DNA of 60,339 nucleotides, filler included, from Sphacelaria rigidula (lineage: Eukaryota): NCBI GenBank assembly GCA_964200075.2. It is 6 parts of 6 records of this genome, joined end to end, with 100 filler letters (N's around TTAATTAATTAA, not from the genome) between each part and the next. Parts side by side here need not be neighbours in the genome. Positions count along the whole stretch, not along the records: positions 20,150 to 30,122 come from CAXNAA020007381.1; positions 30,223 to 40,195 come from CAXNAA020007382.1; 4 more parts are not named here. The stretch is one strand, 5' to 3'. A program made the translations under genes and the position numbers. Of this stretch, positions 24,701 through 36,633 are shown piece by piece. A model generated the notes under the pieces. The model was not told the origin of the DNA. It saw only the letters and a list, made by a program, of their open reading frames with translations, and searched no databases. How positions within the stretch are numbered: the stretch's first letter is position 1; every line of letters begins with the position of its first letter.

Positions 24701-26570
24701 AAGAGGCTAGTTGACCCTTGGAGCAGACCTACTCAAGCTTTGAATAGAGTATTTGTTGCTCCGTTCCCCGTCCTCCAACGAAGGCCATAACCGGTCTTGT
24801 CGGTGCGGCATGGGGAGGGTGTTTTCGGCGGGTGTAGGGCCGGAATCACCTTCAAGGAGTGCTTCCTTCTCACTGCTACCCTTGGCTAAGGCTTTGGTGT
24901 GGTGGTAGAGTTGGGTCAACACGGTGCTCAGCAGGCACACCCACCCCTGTTGTAGCGCAACGGTATAATATGTTACATCCTGAGTGCGGGCATATCCTGC
25001 GTCACAAGCAGTACAATATGACAACACCGTGAGTGCGGGCATGTTGGAATACGGTGTGTGCGCGGAGGCAGTTGGCACCGCTGTCGAGAGCTGGCACGCA
25101 CACCCTTGATACAAAGGAGCGTGTGCCGGTACGTAGACTGGCTCCGGCGACAACGATGGTTAAGTCGGGTTGAGCCTCCTGGAGGAGACACTTACTACAC
25201 ACCAGCACCAGAGTGCATAATGAAGAGCAGTAGACCTAAACAAATGTTGGTACACAATGGTTGACAGGGACGACTACAAGATTTTAGACTCGATAGAGTC
25301 CTGAAAAATACATGGTTTGGGGCTGGTGAGCAGTGGACCAGCTCGCCCAGAACGTGTTTTTGTCGAAATCGGCGTTTTAGGCGACGATTTGAAGTCTGCC
25401 AACGCACATTTGGCCTAGGGGAATCTACGCACCTTTCTCGCCCGAGGGTCTCTTGCGCCTTGGGTCGGGGTTGGGTTTGGGGCTAGTGTTAGTGTTAGTT
25501 TGTAACATTCCATGATGTTCCCCATCAACCGTTATGTATGAACATATTTGGAGCTCCCCTCCCTTTGGCCGCGAGAATGGGTAGATCACCCGCTGAATTG
25601 GCATTAATATTCACATGAGAAGAGTACTGTCATCCAGATGGACTACCTGCACCGGGGTCTAAGGTTTAACTTTTCATGTGAGATTCAAAATGATGCTATC
25701 GACCATCGTACACCTGCACCAGCTACTTGGAACCACCATGACGTTCGCGTGTGCAACCATTATATAATATAGAGCCCGACGACGGCTTGAAAAATAAACG
25801 GAACCAATGAAAATGAAATCCTCGGGGTTCGGAGCGTAAAATGTTCTTCTAAAAATAGAAAAACTGAGGAGGGTGAGCATTCGATTCTTGAGAATGGTAC
25901 CTAGCCGGCAGGGCACCCTCTTATTATACATAATGATCGGAACAACTTCGTGATGACATAGCGGTTTCGCGATTTCAACTATTGGGTGGCCGTTAATAAA
26001 GCATGATTGACTTGTCCAGAGAATATGTACCACAACCATCTTGACCGCATCAAAATTTCTCATTCGAACTAGAGCATGCAGAAGATTCACAATCAGATTG
26101 CATAGGCCTTCCATCTACCATTGGGAACACAGGCCGGGATGTCACTTTCGATTGTCAGCGACGCGGCTAATCGACAGAGGCTAGTTGACCATCGTTGGGC
26201 TACATTTGAAAATGAATTTTTAAAATGGCTGACACGTTTTTACAAGTATCGCTACCCCTCACCCGAACCCCAACCCAACGCACATCGAGAACCCTCGGGC
26301 AAGGGCGAAACACACATTTATTCTGCAAAATACGGCCTTGGTAGACCCCAAATCGGCGCCTGTGGTGCTGTTTTGAACGGAAAACACGTTGTCTACGCAC
26401 CCCAGGAGCATACGGGACTGTCAGCCCCACCAAAATTCCGCTTCTCGTGGTTCACAGTTAAATTGAGAAATATCAACCATTCTGAAACGTACTCAGGCGC
26501 CGGTAAACTTTACTGTACTGTCGCACTTTGCGGAGGGAATGTACGTTCCGCGCTTGCCCGGCTTCGGTCA

Positions 26571-27131
26571 CTCTACTGGACAAGCTGGCGTCTGCACAGG
26601 GGTCGCCCGGCGTAGCAATATGCATCAAATTTCAAAACCTCTGTAAAAACAAACCAGTTCGGTTTTCCCAAATGCATAAACATGATTAAAATGACTCTTG
26701 TGGTCTGAGGAACTGTGGCTTCCCTGTCCTCCCGCCAGGTATGAAAGAAGGACGACAGAGTTTTTGCAGCCGCATGTAACACTCGTGGGGAAACATATAG
26801 GTTCTCCTCTATGAAACTCCGGGTTTTCCGACCTGCAAACCGTTTAATGCCCGTTTGTTTCTAATAAAAACGTCAAACTGGCATTTTTTGTTCCGTTCTG
26901 TACTGGTTGCGGTATCTCCATGTCAGGAAATTTGGTATTGCTGTTTTACAGTATCTTCGCACGTGTGAACGGACCCAAAGCGGTCACTTTCCCTCAGACC
27001 ACAGGTGTCATTTTGATCACCTTTATGTAGTTGGGAAAACCGAACTGTTTTGTTTTTACAGAGGTGTCGAAAATCGGTACATGTTCCTACGCCGGGCGAC
27101 CTCTGTGCAGACACCAGCCAGTCCAGTAGAG
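26571..27131. mobile_element. Foldback/MITE element with inverted arms of about 150 bp
   Basis: CTCTACTGGAC..GCTGG.GTCTGCACAG.GGTCGCCCGGCGTAG...CCTCTGTAAAAACAAA.CAGTTCGGTTTTCCCAA is present at both ends in opposite orientation. Confidence 0.8.
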
Positions 27132-27754
27132 CGGCGAAAGCTAGCTATGATCGGGTTTGCCTGCCGTACTGCTGCCAGCGTTGCTTTATGTGTGCATCCA
27201 CCTGTTTGTATCGCATAAACACCTCGCGACACTTCAATATGGGTTTTCCCGCCTGGTGATGCGCTACATCGCATTCCCGCAACTGCACATATTTTGTGAT
27301 GGATGCAGTCAGCGAGGGTCATGGGCTATGCATACATGTCAAATATGGTTTTCAATACATCAACTTGTTGCTACATACTACCCTCCGAGGTTGTGATACC
27401 TGTATCACGAGGGTGCAGTTTTTTGGTCCTTTGTTGCGATGCAGAGGACAAAAATGCGCAGATTTCTGCGATAACAGTATGTACCCCACGTGCAACCACG
27501 TGTTTCCGTCGTTCGAACATTTTGCTCAAGCGAGATCGAACGTTTTCAACGACAACCGTGTGGGGAATTTATCCCCGCACTTATACGCATGAAAGTGTGA
27601 GTATAAGATGCCCAATGCAGAGCAGAAATCGGCACGTATTATTTCTTCATGTGAAGACCACTTCGACGGCTTGAGAAAAGTAGGGATTGCAGGTTATTGG
27701 GATATAGTTAGAGGGCATTGGCATGAGGATCATTTACGCAATAATCGCCTCTTA

Positions 27755-29227
27755 GGCCGTTTCTTCCGGTTGGTTATTTTCCCTCGTTATTTGCAAATAA
27801 CGAGGGAAAAAATACAAGATGGCTACTTACGATTGGTTATTTAACAAGATTCTCGGGAAAAAAATACGAGACGGGGGACATTTTACGAGATGGGTGCTCC
27901 TGGATTGTTAGGCCGCTTCTTCCGGTTCGTTTTTTCCCCTCGTTTTTTGCATCATATTATGAGGAAACAATACCGCTAGGAGAATACTATGAGAGATGTT
28001 GACCCTGGCTTACGGTTGCAGATATATTTTTGAGGGGGATGGGTACCAAAAGGGTGGGGGCATACCAAAACGACGGTCAGCAGAAACCGAAGGGATGTGC
28101 AGGCCAAGGCGACGTACAAAGACCTAAAGACTTTGCGATGCTAAGCTCCCTGTGTTTGTGGAAAAAGACCTGAAACGTAGATCTCCCCCGATCGCGGCTG
28201 GCCCAGCTCGCACTGTGTGCAAACTGCTATCTTCAATCAATCTATACTGCCATATCACGTATGCGGCAGTACAGACAAAAGTACTGTACTGTCTAGTACT
28301 GTCTGTACTGCACTCCTCCACATCAGTTCTAGTGCAGCCGTTGTATATTACCGTCTCCAACCTGGCATGTGCGCATGTATACTGCCGTATGCGGCAGGCA
28401 GAACAGGCAGTATTGTACTGCTTAGTTCTGTCTGTACTGCACGTTGCCCACATCATCATTAGTACATACAGCCGTTGTACTACTGTACTGGCAAACTAAC
28501 ATTTCCATCCTACTGTACTGTCGGATGCGGCAGTACAACCCACGTTCTGTCTGCACTGCACGTGGCCCAAACCATGTTCAGCAGCCGTCGTGCAGCATGG
28601 CATGTGGATCCTACTGTTCAATCGGCAGTACAGACAATACAGTACTGCCTGTTATTGTCTGTATTGCACGTTGTCCACATATCTCACGCTGTACGCACTT
28701 TACTACAGCCGTGCGTACTACTGTTGTGTGCAAGCTGACACCTACAACTCACTGCATGAGACAGCACAGACAACAGTATCCTGTAACCTCTGCGCTGGGT
28801 ACTGTCTGTGCTGCAGGTTTTCGAGAGAACAACCAATGCCAATAGATCATCAGCCACTTACGAAATCTCGCGTGCGCCGGGATGGCGAAGCAAAGCTCGG
28901 TGTAGCGTCATAACAACGTTGGGGATGTTCGATGCATCACTGCCAGGAGAGCCCCGCAGATGTCGGAGGGCACAAACATATTCAGGGCTGGCGGGCGTTG
29001 CTAATCTCGCCGCGCCGCAAATGCAAAACGAGAGGAAAATATAAGTTGATCCCGTCCCGTATTTGTTTTTAAACACAAGCCAGGAGCGCCCATCTCGCAA
29101 ACTGTCCCCCGTCTCGTATTGTTTTCCCAGGAATCTTGAGAAATAACCAACCATGAGTAGCCATCCTGTATTTTTTCCTCGTTATTTGTAAATTACGAGG
29201 GAAAATAACCAACCGGAAGAAACGGCC
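27755..29227. mobile_element. PIF/Harbinger-like non-autonomous element, TIRs about 150 bp, carrying an internal palindromic tandem repeat (28260-28820)
   Basis: GGCCGTTTCTTCCGGTTGGTTATTTTCCCTCG at the left end and its reverse complement at the right end; flanks TTA / ATA. Confidence 0.75.
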
Positions 29228-29948
29228 ATATTTCTGAAAAAATACGAGACGAGATCGATTTGTATTTTCCTCTCAGAAGTTGCTGCACGGCAGCGAAAGC
29301 ATGATGGTGAAAAGGACACTTTCTACGATAGTCCCCCCCCAGAAAGTGCATGGTTTGGGAGGCAAAATCTCGACGTAAATCGAAATGGGAAAAGCCGAAC
29401 ACGACGAGCAGCTGGTAATTCCCACCCTTGGGTTTGTTCTCGCCAATGTTGCCAATATGAGGCGCTTCATGCCGCCTGAACCCAAGCATCAGGCGCTGTA
29501 TGGCCCTTTTTGTTCGTGACACTTTAGGGCTGGTTTTGGGGGGGGGCTACCGTAGATCGCAGTAAAACAGAAAAGCCGCCGTCATTCATTTTGCCGCATC
29601 TTTTGAGTAACCCCTGCGTCTAAGCGCTACGGAACATGTCACAATGCATGCTGAAAACATACTTCTTTGAACCAGTCATCGAGTTTTCGAGCGCCTCTTG
29701 TTGAGTATGTGAGAGACTTCATACTGTTGCGCTGGCGACGACCGCCGTCAACGAAACGATCCAATGCGGCGGTAGACGCCGACGATCTTTGAAACGCAGA
29801 ATCATTCAGCAGTCTGCTGAGATATACCATCGCCAGAGTACAGCATCACTACAGTACATGATCCGTTGGATCAGATGGGTGCCCCACAATAAAGCTGCAG
29901 ACACACACAACGGGGGTAAGGGTTAGTCCCACGCGTGGGGTTGTTTGC

Positions 29949-30122
29949 ATACGTCGGACGAGCACGAGTGTCACTCGTGGCACTCGTGCTCGTTGGGCTT
30001 GGCCGAAAAATTAACAGGGCGAGCACTCGAGTCATTGCTCGTTGTGGAAAAATTAATAGGGCAAGCACTCGAGTCATCGCTCGTTGTGAAACAAATAAAA
30101 GGGCGAGCACTCGAGTCATCGC
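29949..30122. repeat. Transposon end with a 42-bp tandem array, truncated by the contig end
   Basis: (G/A)AGCACTCGAGTCAT at 30021, 30063 and 30105. Confidence 0.8.
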
Positions 30123-30222
30123 NNNNNNNNNNNNNNNNNNNNNNNNNNNNNNNNNNNNNNNNNNNNTTAATTAATTAANNNNNNNNNNNNNNNNNNNNNN
30201 NNNNNNNNNNNNNNNNNNNNNN
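30123..30222. other. Artificial contig linker
   Basis: Same 100-bp structure. Confidence 0.98.
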
Positions 30223-31623
30223 GGATGCCCTGACCTATATTAAGGTGCGTCTAGAATCGTTAGGAGCCCCTGAACCAGACAAGATTTCGCGAAAAAAGTG
30301 CACCCCCACCGTAGCATTGCTCAAAGGTGAAAATATTGCGCCGAGTAATACGTATTTTGGCATGAATAAATTAAAAGCGCGTAAGAAGCAAAATTCTACG
30401 TCTTTTCATCAATTTCACACAAACACGAAGTAGTTTGCATACAGCACAATAACCGATATCACACCCGTAACAAGATAAAAAAAAAAAACTACGAACACAA
30501 ACGCCACGACTCGACGAGCCACGCCACATGGAGCACCCGCGGGCAGCTACCAGCTGCTGGGGATGGGGTGCATCATCCCGTTGGAGAACTATGTGCGCCA
30601 AGTTATGTGTGAAACCTAGATTTTATGCATTTGTTATGCTGAAATCTCCAGGAACACATGTTCTTAAAAGAGCGCAAGAGGTTATATAGTGGGGTCCCTC
30701 TATAGTGCGGGCCCCGCACAATTCGGGGCAGGCCCGCCATGTGCGGGTTTGGGCATCTGAAATGCCGCTATAGCGCGGGTTCCACGACACCAGCGCGAAT
30801 GGAAACAGAGGTGGCTGCTAAGCCACCGCCGTACTCGGAGCTTTCAAAACACATCGCCCCAGTGGGAAACTACGCGCCAAGTGGCGATTTTGACGAGGCC
30901 AGCTACTTCCCAAAGAGGGCAAGAATGGTGATGATCGAAGCACACGCAGTAAAACCATCGCAATAGGCTGATGTCAGAGCGTATTTTCAAGAACGGGAAA
31001 GGAGTGATGGTTAGCGCAATCTTTCACACCAGCACTGACTGATCGGTTGTGGGTTGACATGCTCAGTGAGAGAAGTTATTTTATCGCCCAGTTTCTTCGC
31101 GTAGCAGGATTTATCGAATATCTGGCTCTTATATTGTCTGTGCTGTATCTAGTGAGTAACTTGAGCGAGTCATCCAACACAAGATAAAATACGTCGAGTA
31201 GTGTGGGGTGGTCTCGGGATAGTCTTGTAAGATCTGATGTAAAGCGTCATGACCGTTGGGCGAAGTGCTGCATCCTTTGTTTTGTTGCCTGTTTCTCTCT
31301 GCGTTCGTTACTTTGTTCTAGCCCTGTGTCATCCTCCGGGCGATTTATCTTCTTTTGTTAGAAATGTAATGCTTCGAGCCCGGACGGGCGCGTACCTCAT
31401 TTTGCAACTCCTCGTTCTGTTTCTTGAAAGTACGAGCGCAATCTCCAGCGCAAAAAACAGACGTGTACAGAGGGGACAACATGTGCTATGGCAGACGTGC
31501 CCTTCTGGTGGTGCATTCAAGCGTACGCATATCTCGTAACTGACCATGGACCAAAGGGAGATCCTACTCGCGCTGCTGTAGGATGCGGGTGATTCACTAA
31601 ACCACTCAAGCACGTAAACCTTT

Positions 31624-32579
31624 CACACGCCAGACTTTAGGATGCGGGTCACACAGCTCAACTGTGAACACACTTGTGTACCCAACTCGGGTGATACAGT
31701 GCAACTAGTTATGGAACGGTCCTCGTGATCCGGATATCTTAGATCAGGAGGGAGGTATCTTGTAAGAGTCAGAAGGATACCTAGGTTGTTCTCGACGTTT
31801 CGTGTACACGTGATTCGGATTACACAGGTGTGCCTAAGGAGATCATGTGCAGACACTTGGGTCATACAGATGATCATCAGACGGATATGTACGAATCGCA
31901 CGGGTAGTACAGATCATCGTCAGACAGATATGTACGAATCGCACGGGTCATTCAGGTCATCATCGTACAGGTATGTACGAATCACGCGGTTCATTGATTG
32001 CTTGATTGCTTGATTGATTATCTCACATAAGCTGATTGCAACAATCCAGCCCGTGGTCAGGAGCAGCAAAATATAGGTCAGTAATCACGCCATGTGTGCA
32101 GTGCAACCGGGTTTATAGGTCACCACACGAGAAATGTAGATAAAACCGGTCATACGTATACAGAACATGCCTCTTGTACCAGGGCCATACGGGTTGGCCG
32201 GTGAGGATTACTGAACACTGTTCATTGTATACTTCATTCGGATGCGCCGACAGTGCACATATTCAGAGAACATATGCAGCCCTACCGTGGAACCACTCGG
32301 AATAAAATATACGTACTTCATGTTCCATATGCTCGGGTTGCTACAGCCGACATACGGACTTGTGAACATGCACATTGTGCCAGGGCCAGGTTAGCAGGTA
32401 AAGTGTGTGTGTGAAGCGGGTCGTACAGCTCGTCGCTCGGCAAACATGTACGGGTCAAGCGAGTCCTACGGATCAGCATCGGAGAAACGTGTACGGGTGA
32501 CAGCTCACCTTGAACCGATCATGATCTATGCCCCATGAGCTGACCCGGATCTGTCACGAGCTGATCCGTCCGACGTGTG
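31624..32579. mobile_element. Composite CAC-terminal element (CACACGCCAGAC ... GTCCGACGTGTG) with an array of about 43 bp at 31878-31990 and an inserted retroposon tail at 31993-32060
   Basis: The termini resemble those of 16391-16644; ATGTACGAATC recurs three times. Confidence 0.5.
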
Positions 32580-32821
32580 AAACCTTTGCATAGAACATGC
32601 ATTTGGATATATCTCCCTCAAAAGCCTTCGCTTTTCATGTGCACTGCCATGCAACCTTCACTGCACTCGTTATTGGCTGTAATCCTACACGTACGATGCC
32701 AAGTCCAAGTAGTACCGCGAGTTGTGCGGGAAGACGCACTACTGAGGGTTTGATAAACCCTCTACAGGGCGTTAACCCGTACTATTCGCGCCTGAATATA
32801 TATAGAGCGGGTGCCCGTTAA

Positions 32822-32919
32822 CCCTTAGACCGCGAGGTTAGTCTTCTGTTGAATCGGCATTAATTTCAAGTGAAAAAAGGTATGCATGATCCAGAAAGAC
32901 TTATCTCGCGGTCTAAGGG
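32822..32919. mobile_element. piggyBac-type MITE (98 bp)
   Basis: TTAA TSD on both sides and a perfect 15-bp TIR CCCTTAGACCGCGAG. Related ends occur at about 25590-25669, 37862-37943 and 43977-44035. Confidence 0.9.
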
Positions 32920-33730
32920 TTAAAGTGCGGGCATATTGGCCTGTCACACCCGCGCACTACAGAGGGACCACCTCCGTACTTGAACGCAAAACCCCGCTTC
33001 ATGTGAAATTCCGTGCGCGTACAAAAAGCCGTAGCCTAGAGATACGAGCGATAGAAGGGACGACAACGAGCGAATTCGCTTCGACCGCACGTTTTCGACA
33101 TTAAGACAGTTTGACAAGACACGCCCTCAGTATATTTTATTATGCCATAATATCTGTACTCGTATGCATGTCACGAGCGAGGAGAAATCGGACCCTGGCT
33201 AGTTGTACCGAAGTTCGTTTACGGCCCATGGTCGATCGCGTCAACCGTCGTTGTAGGATGAAGCACACCGCAGATTCTTTGGGTTTGTCTTACTTACAGT
33301 ATGTCTACGCGGCAAACCGGAACAAGGCTGCTCAATATTATACATCGCAGGACGACTCAGTCCGGGTCTAGTATGTCCTGGCAGGATGCCAACAGCGTGC
33401 GGCACACACGCGAAAAACCGCCTCGACGTGGTGTACTGTGTGTGTCATGGTTCTACACTACGGTTGCGCGAGAGGTTTGCCTGTGCCGTCGAACCGTCCG
33501 CTTCACGCTCCTCTGGTGCGCAATGCAGAGTTCTCTACTTCTTGCCGCAACCCAGATGGCAGCAGCGGACAAACTGCAGCACTACGAGTACAAGTATCGC
33601 AGACAGGTGCGGCGAAAAGCGCATGCCTCCGCATTGCTACACTAGCCTCTAGCATAGCTAACACAGCAATCTGTTCACAATTGCTCACATACAGTCGCAA
33701 TCTCGACTCAGAAGTTCATGCAGTACTCAC

Positions 33731-33878
33731 ATAGGTAGACTACAATCACAAACAGGACAAGGATGCCCACCACGTAGAACCAGGACGATGCGGAGGAAGC
33801 GCCGTCCTCCTCCAAGGAAGAAGACGAAGCAGAGGAAGAGACAGTAGCAGCGAAATTTTTCACCAGTTGGTCCGCCAT
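33731..33878 (-). CDS. Possible first exon of a single-pass membrane protein
   Basis: ATG-MADQLVKNFAATVSSSASSSSLEEDGASSASSWFYVVGILVLFVIVVYL, ending at a consensus GTGAGT donor. A phase-compatible next exon candidate at 31396-31442 (YCARTFKKQNEELQNE) has an atypical GAG acceptor. Confidence 0.45.
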
Positions 33879-35064
33879 GCTTACCAACCCTCCCCCCCCC
33901 GCCGCTGCGCGACGCCAGCCTTGCAATCCGTTTTTTCGTGCTTCACGTGACCCTGCAGCAGCTGTACTTGTATACCCTAGTAGTGCCGTGCAACGATGGA
34001 TATTGGTGTATAGATGTGACAACAGTATTTGATAGTGACTTGGTCATTTTCTCTTACCGATCCCGAGTCAGAAGCAATCAGCAATTCAATGTTTCATAAT
34101 ACAACAGTACCTCGACATGAGAATAACAGCTCTTTTTCAGTGCCAACAGATTGAACGTCCACAATGTCTGCACATATCTCTTGCCGAAAATAAATAGTTA
34201 TCTGTACGCATATCGGCGAGCGCTAATACCTGAAGAGCTTTCCTCCGCATCGACTCCTTGGATGTCTAGTATCTCTCAGTAATATTGTTTAATCGACCGC
34301 GGGTCTGAGCCATGATCTAGAAAACGCCAGGATACCAAACAGTCTGAACTAGACAATAAAGAGACTAGAGTACGGTATGGCCGCTGCAGGGGTTACCAGT
34401 GGTGGCGCTGGATGTAGCAATGGTGGAAATAATGCCGACCGCGAAGAGCGAGAACTTTACTCGGTGAGATGAATATGCCTCGAGCTATAATGGTGCGTTG
34501 AAAGTATAGTACAATCTGTACCACAGGCGGTACAATCAATGGGCCAGCGCAACAACAACAACAACAACAGTAGTACATGAAACTCAGTCCGCCTCCGCCG
34601 GTGTGGTTCCATGATTAACGATATTCTAGTTTTTTTTTAAATCCCCAGCCAACGATGAACACTGACGCAATACAGACAGACAGTGATTTCCAGCTGGCTG
34701 GATCAGGGGATTTTCGTAATTTTTCGTGGTCGGCGATTTTCGATAGTTTCTCGCGTGCCATCGCTCGTCCCAGTGAACGTTTGATCCCTAGGTTTGGAGA
34801 TCGGGAGATAATTAGAACCCGCTTTACGTTCCGCAACAAAAATAATGTTTGCGTTCAGTATGTTGAGCTACTTTACTGGCTGAATTGACAGGGGGTGTTA
34901 TTGACCGTTTTTTGTCCAAAACACACGTCTTTCCGGCTTTACAAGGTGGGGCAATAAATAGGTTGAAATGGAAAACAAGGGGTCCGTAAAATTATACGAG
35001 TTGGGCCAGCTGACGATTATTTTTGAACGAAGAGCCGAGGTGCCAGTGGTAATTCGAAGAGTTA

Positions 35065-35535
35065 GGCCGCTCTCCTTATAACAGACAAAAATAAAAATAA
35101 AGAAACGTGCCTTTTTGGAGCTTCTACGTCATTTGACGCCCTCAAAAAGAGCTGCGGCGGGGTTTGACACCTTGGAATGACTTGCTCTACTAGTTGAGGC
35201 GGTTCCAGGACATCTTTCCGTTTTCCGGTGGCCACAGTTTTTATCTTGGCCAAGAATTTTTGTCCAAGAACGGTCAAGAACGGTCGAATCTAGAAGAAAT
35301 CGCTACATTTCTGTGAACTTGGCCGTTCTTGGACGAACATTCTTGTTCGGCCAAAATAAAAACTGCGGCCATCGGAAAACTGCAAGAAATCCTGGAAACA
35401 CCTCAACTAATAATAGAGCAAGTAATTCTAAGGTGTCGAACGCCTCTAGCTCTCTCTCAGGGCGTAAAACGACGTAGAAGCTCCGAAAAGGCACTTTTTT
35501 AGATTTTTATTTTTTGTCTCTTATAAGGAGCGGCC
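35065..35535. mobile_element. PIF/Harbinger-like foldback MITE with arms of about 215 bp
   Basis: GGCCGC..CCTTATAA termini; the arms are reverse-complementary up to a spacer of about 40 bp (about 35280-35318); flanks TTA / TTC. Confidence 0.85.
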
Positions 35536-35800
35536 TTCGGCGCTGAATGTTTGGCACAACATTTTGATCATCAACCCAAGTAACCATATTGGGAGTGCAG
35601 AGCAAAAAAAAAAACAGGAAGTTAGAGCGAGTTGAAGTTTCAGCGAAAACAGGAAAAATGCTGTAATTTCCTTAAAACATGATAAAAACGACGAAAACGC
35701 TCCGACACATACGGGCACTCGCGTCAACGACATTCTGGTAACGTTTCGGCCAAAAATACCTCAAATTGGGTGCGGCATCGCACTTCTCGTGTGACACGGC

Positions 35801-35880
35801 CGCTCCCGTTTAGTTCAAGTGATAATAGGATACTCCAATCATGGAGGTCATGAGTTCGAGTCCCGACAGTTTTTTTTTTT
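35801..35880 (+). mobile_element. tRNA-derived short element or tRNA pseudogene (second family), partly duplicated at 35996-36085
   Basis: A-box-like TAGTTCAAGTGA, a CTCCA/TGGAG stem, B box GTTCGAGTCCC, then poly-T; no complete cloverleaf. Confidence 0.55.
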
Positions 35881-35940
35881 TTCCCCTCCGTCATTCAGGC
35901 TATATATCAAGCAGTACATGTTTTTGCTTTTTTTTTTTTT

Positions 35941-35950
35941 NNNNNNNNNN
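35941..35950. other. Internal 10-N assembly gap
   Basis: Ten N within a poly-T run, between two near-duplicated segments. Confidence 0.95.
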
Positions 35951-36356
35951 TTTTGTTTGTGACCCCGGGTTGGTGCCCCCCACCATACATTTCTCCCCCC
36001 ATGGAGGTCTTTGCTTAGGGTCCCGACAGTTTTTTTTTTTTTCCCGTCCGTCGTTCAGGTTATATATAATGCAGTACATTTTTTCCCTTTTTTTCTTCTT
36101 CATTCAGCGGCGTGCTGTGTGCTACCAGATTGGTCTGCACTTCGCAGCGATATGCTCAAGTCGCGCTGATTTGGAAAACTTGAGAAGTTGTGGTGGTGTG
36201 AAAAGCGAATGCGGGATTCACTGCTGGCCCAGTTCGTACAAGAGAGCGATCGGGATGGATCCACCCCCCACTATACAGAGCCCGGTCAGGCAATTTTCGT
36301 AGTTGCGATAGCATTCCAAAGCAGGTGCTGCTCAGGGCACAATGTTCAAGTTAATG

Positions 36357-36520
36357 TTGATTTTGATTGATTTTGATTGATTTCGATTGATTGATTGTCG
36401 CACTTTAACTGACCCCCCAGGGGTCATGATCCAGTCGTGGTCACATGATAGAAGTACCCAAGAAAAACAAAACTGAAACAAGCGCTGTAGAAAAAGAAGG
36501 AACAGAAAAATTAGAACAAA
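36357..36520 (-). mobile_element. RTE-type retroposon 3' end with a long (AATC)n tail
   Basis: Reverse: TATCATGTGACCACGACTGG..GACCCCTGGGGGGTCAGTTAAAGTGCGACAATCAATCAATC. Confidence 0.8.
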
Positions 36521-36633
36521 ACGGCAATGTTGTCCGTGCGATACAAAGCAAGGGCGTCGTTTATCAGGGGGTGTTATCGACCGTCCCTGGTCCGAAAAAA
36601 ACATTTTTTTTTCGGCTCTAGCGCAATTATTTT

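Noticed and set aside
27130-27675. Decayed coding or viral fragment (also 50860-51300 and 57600-58260)
   Set aside because: No frame on either strand gave a recognisable motif, and several are broken by stops; a profile search is needed.
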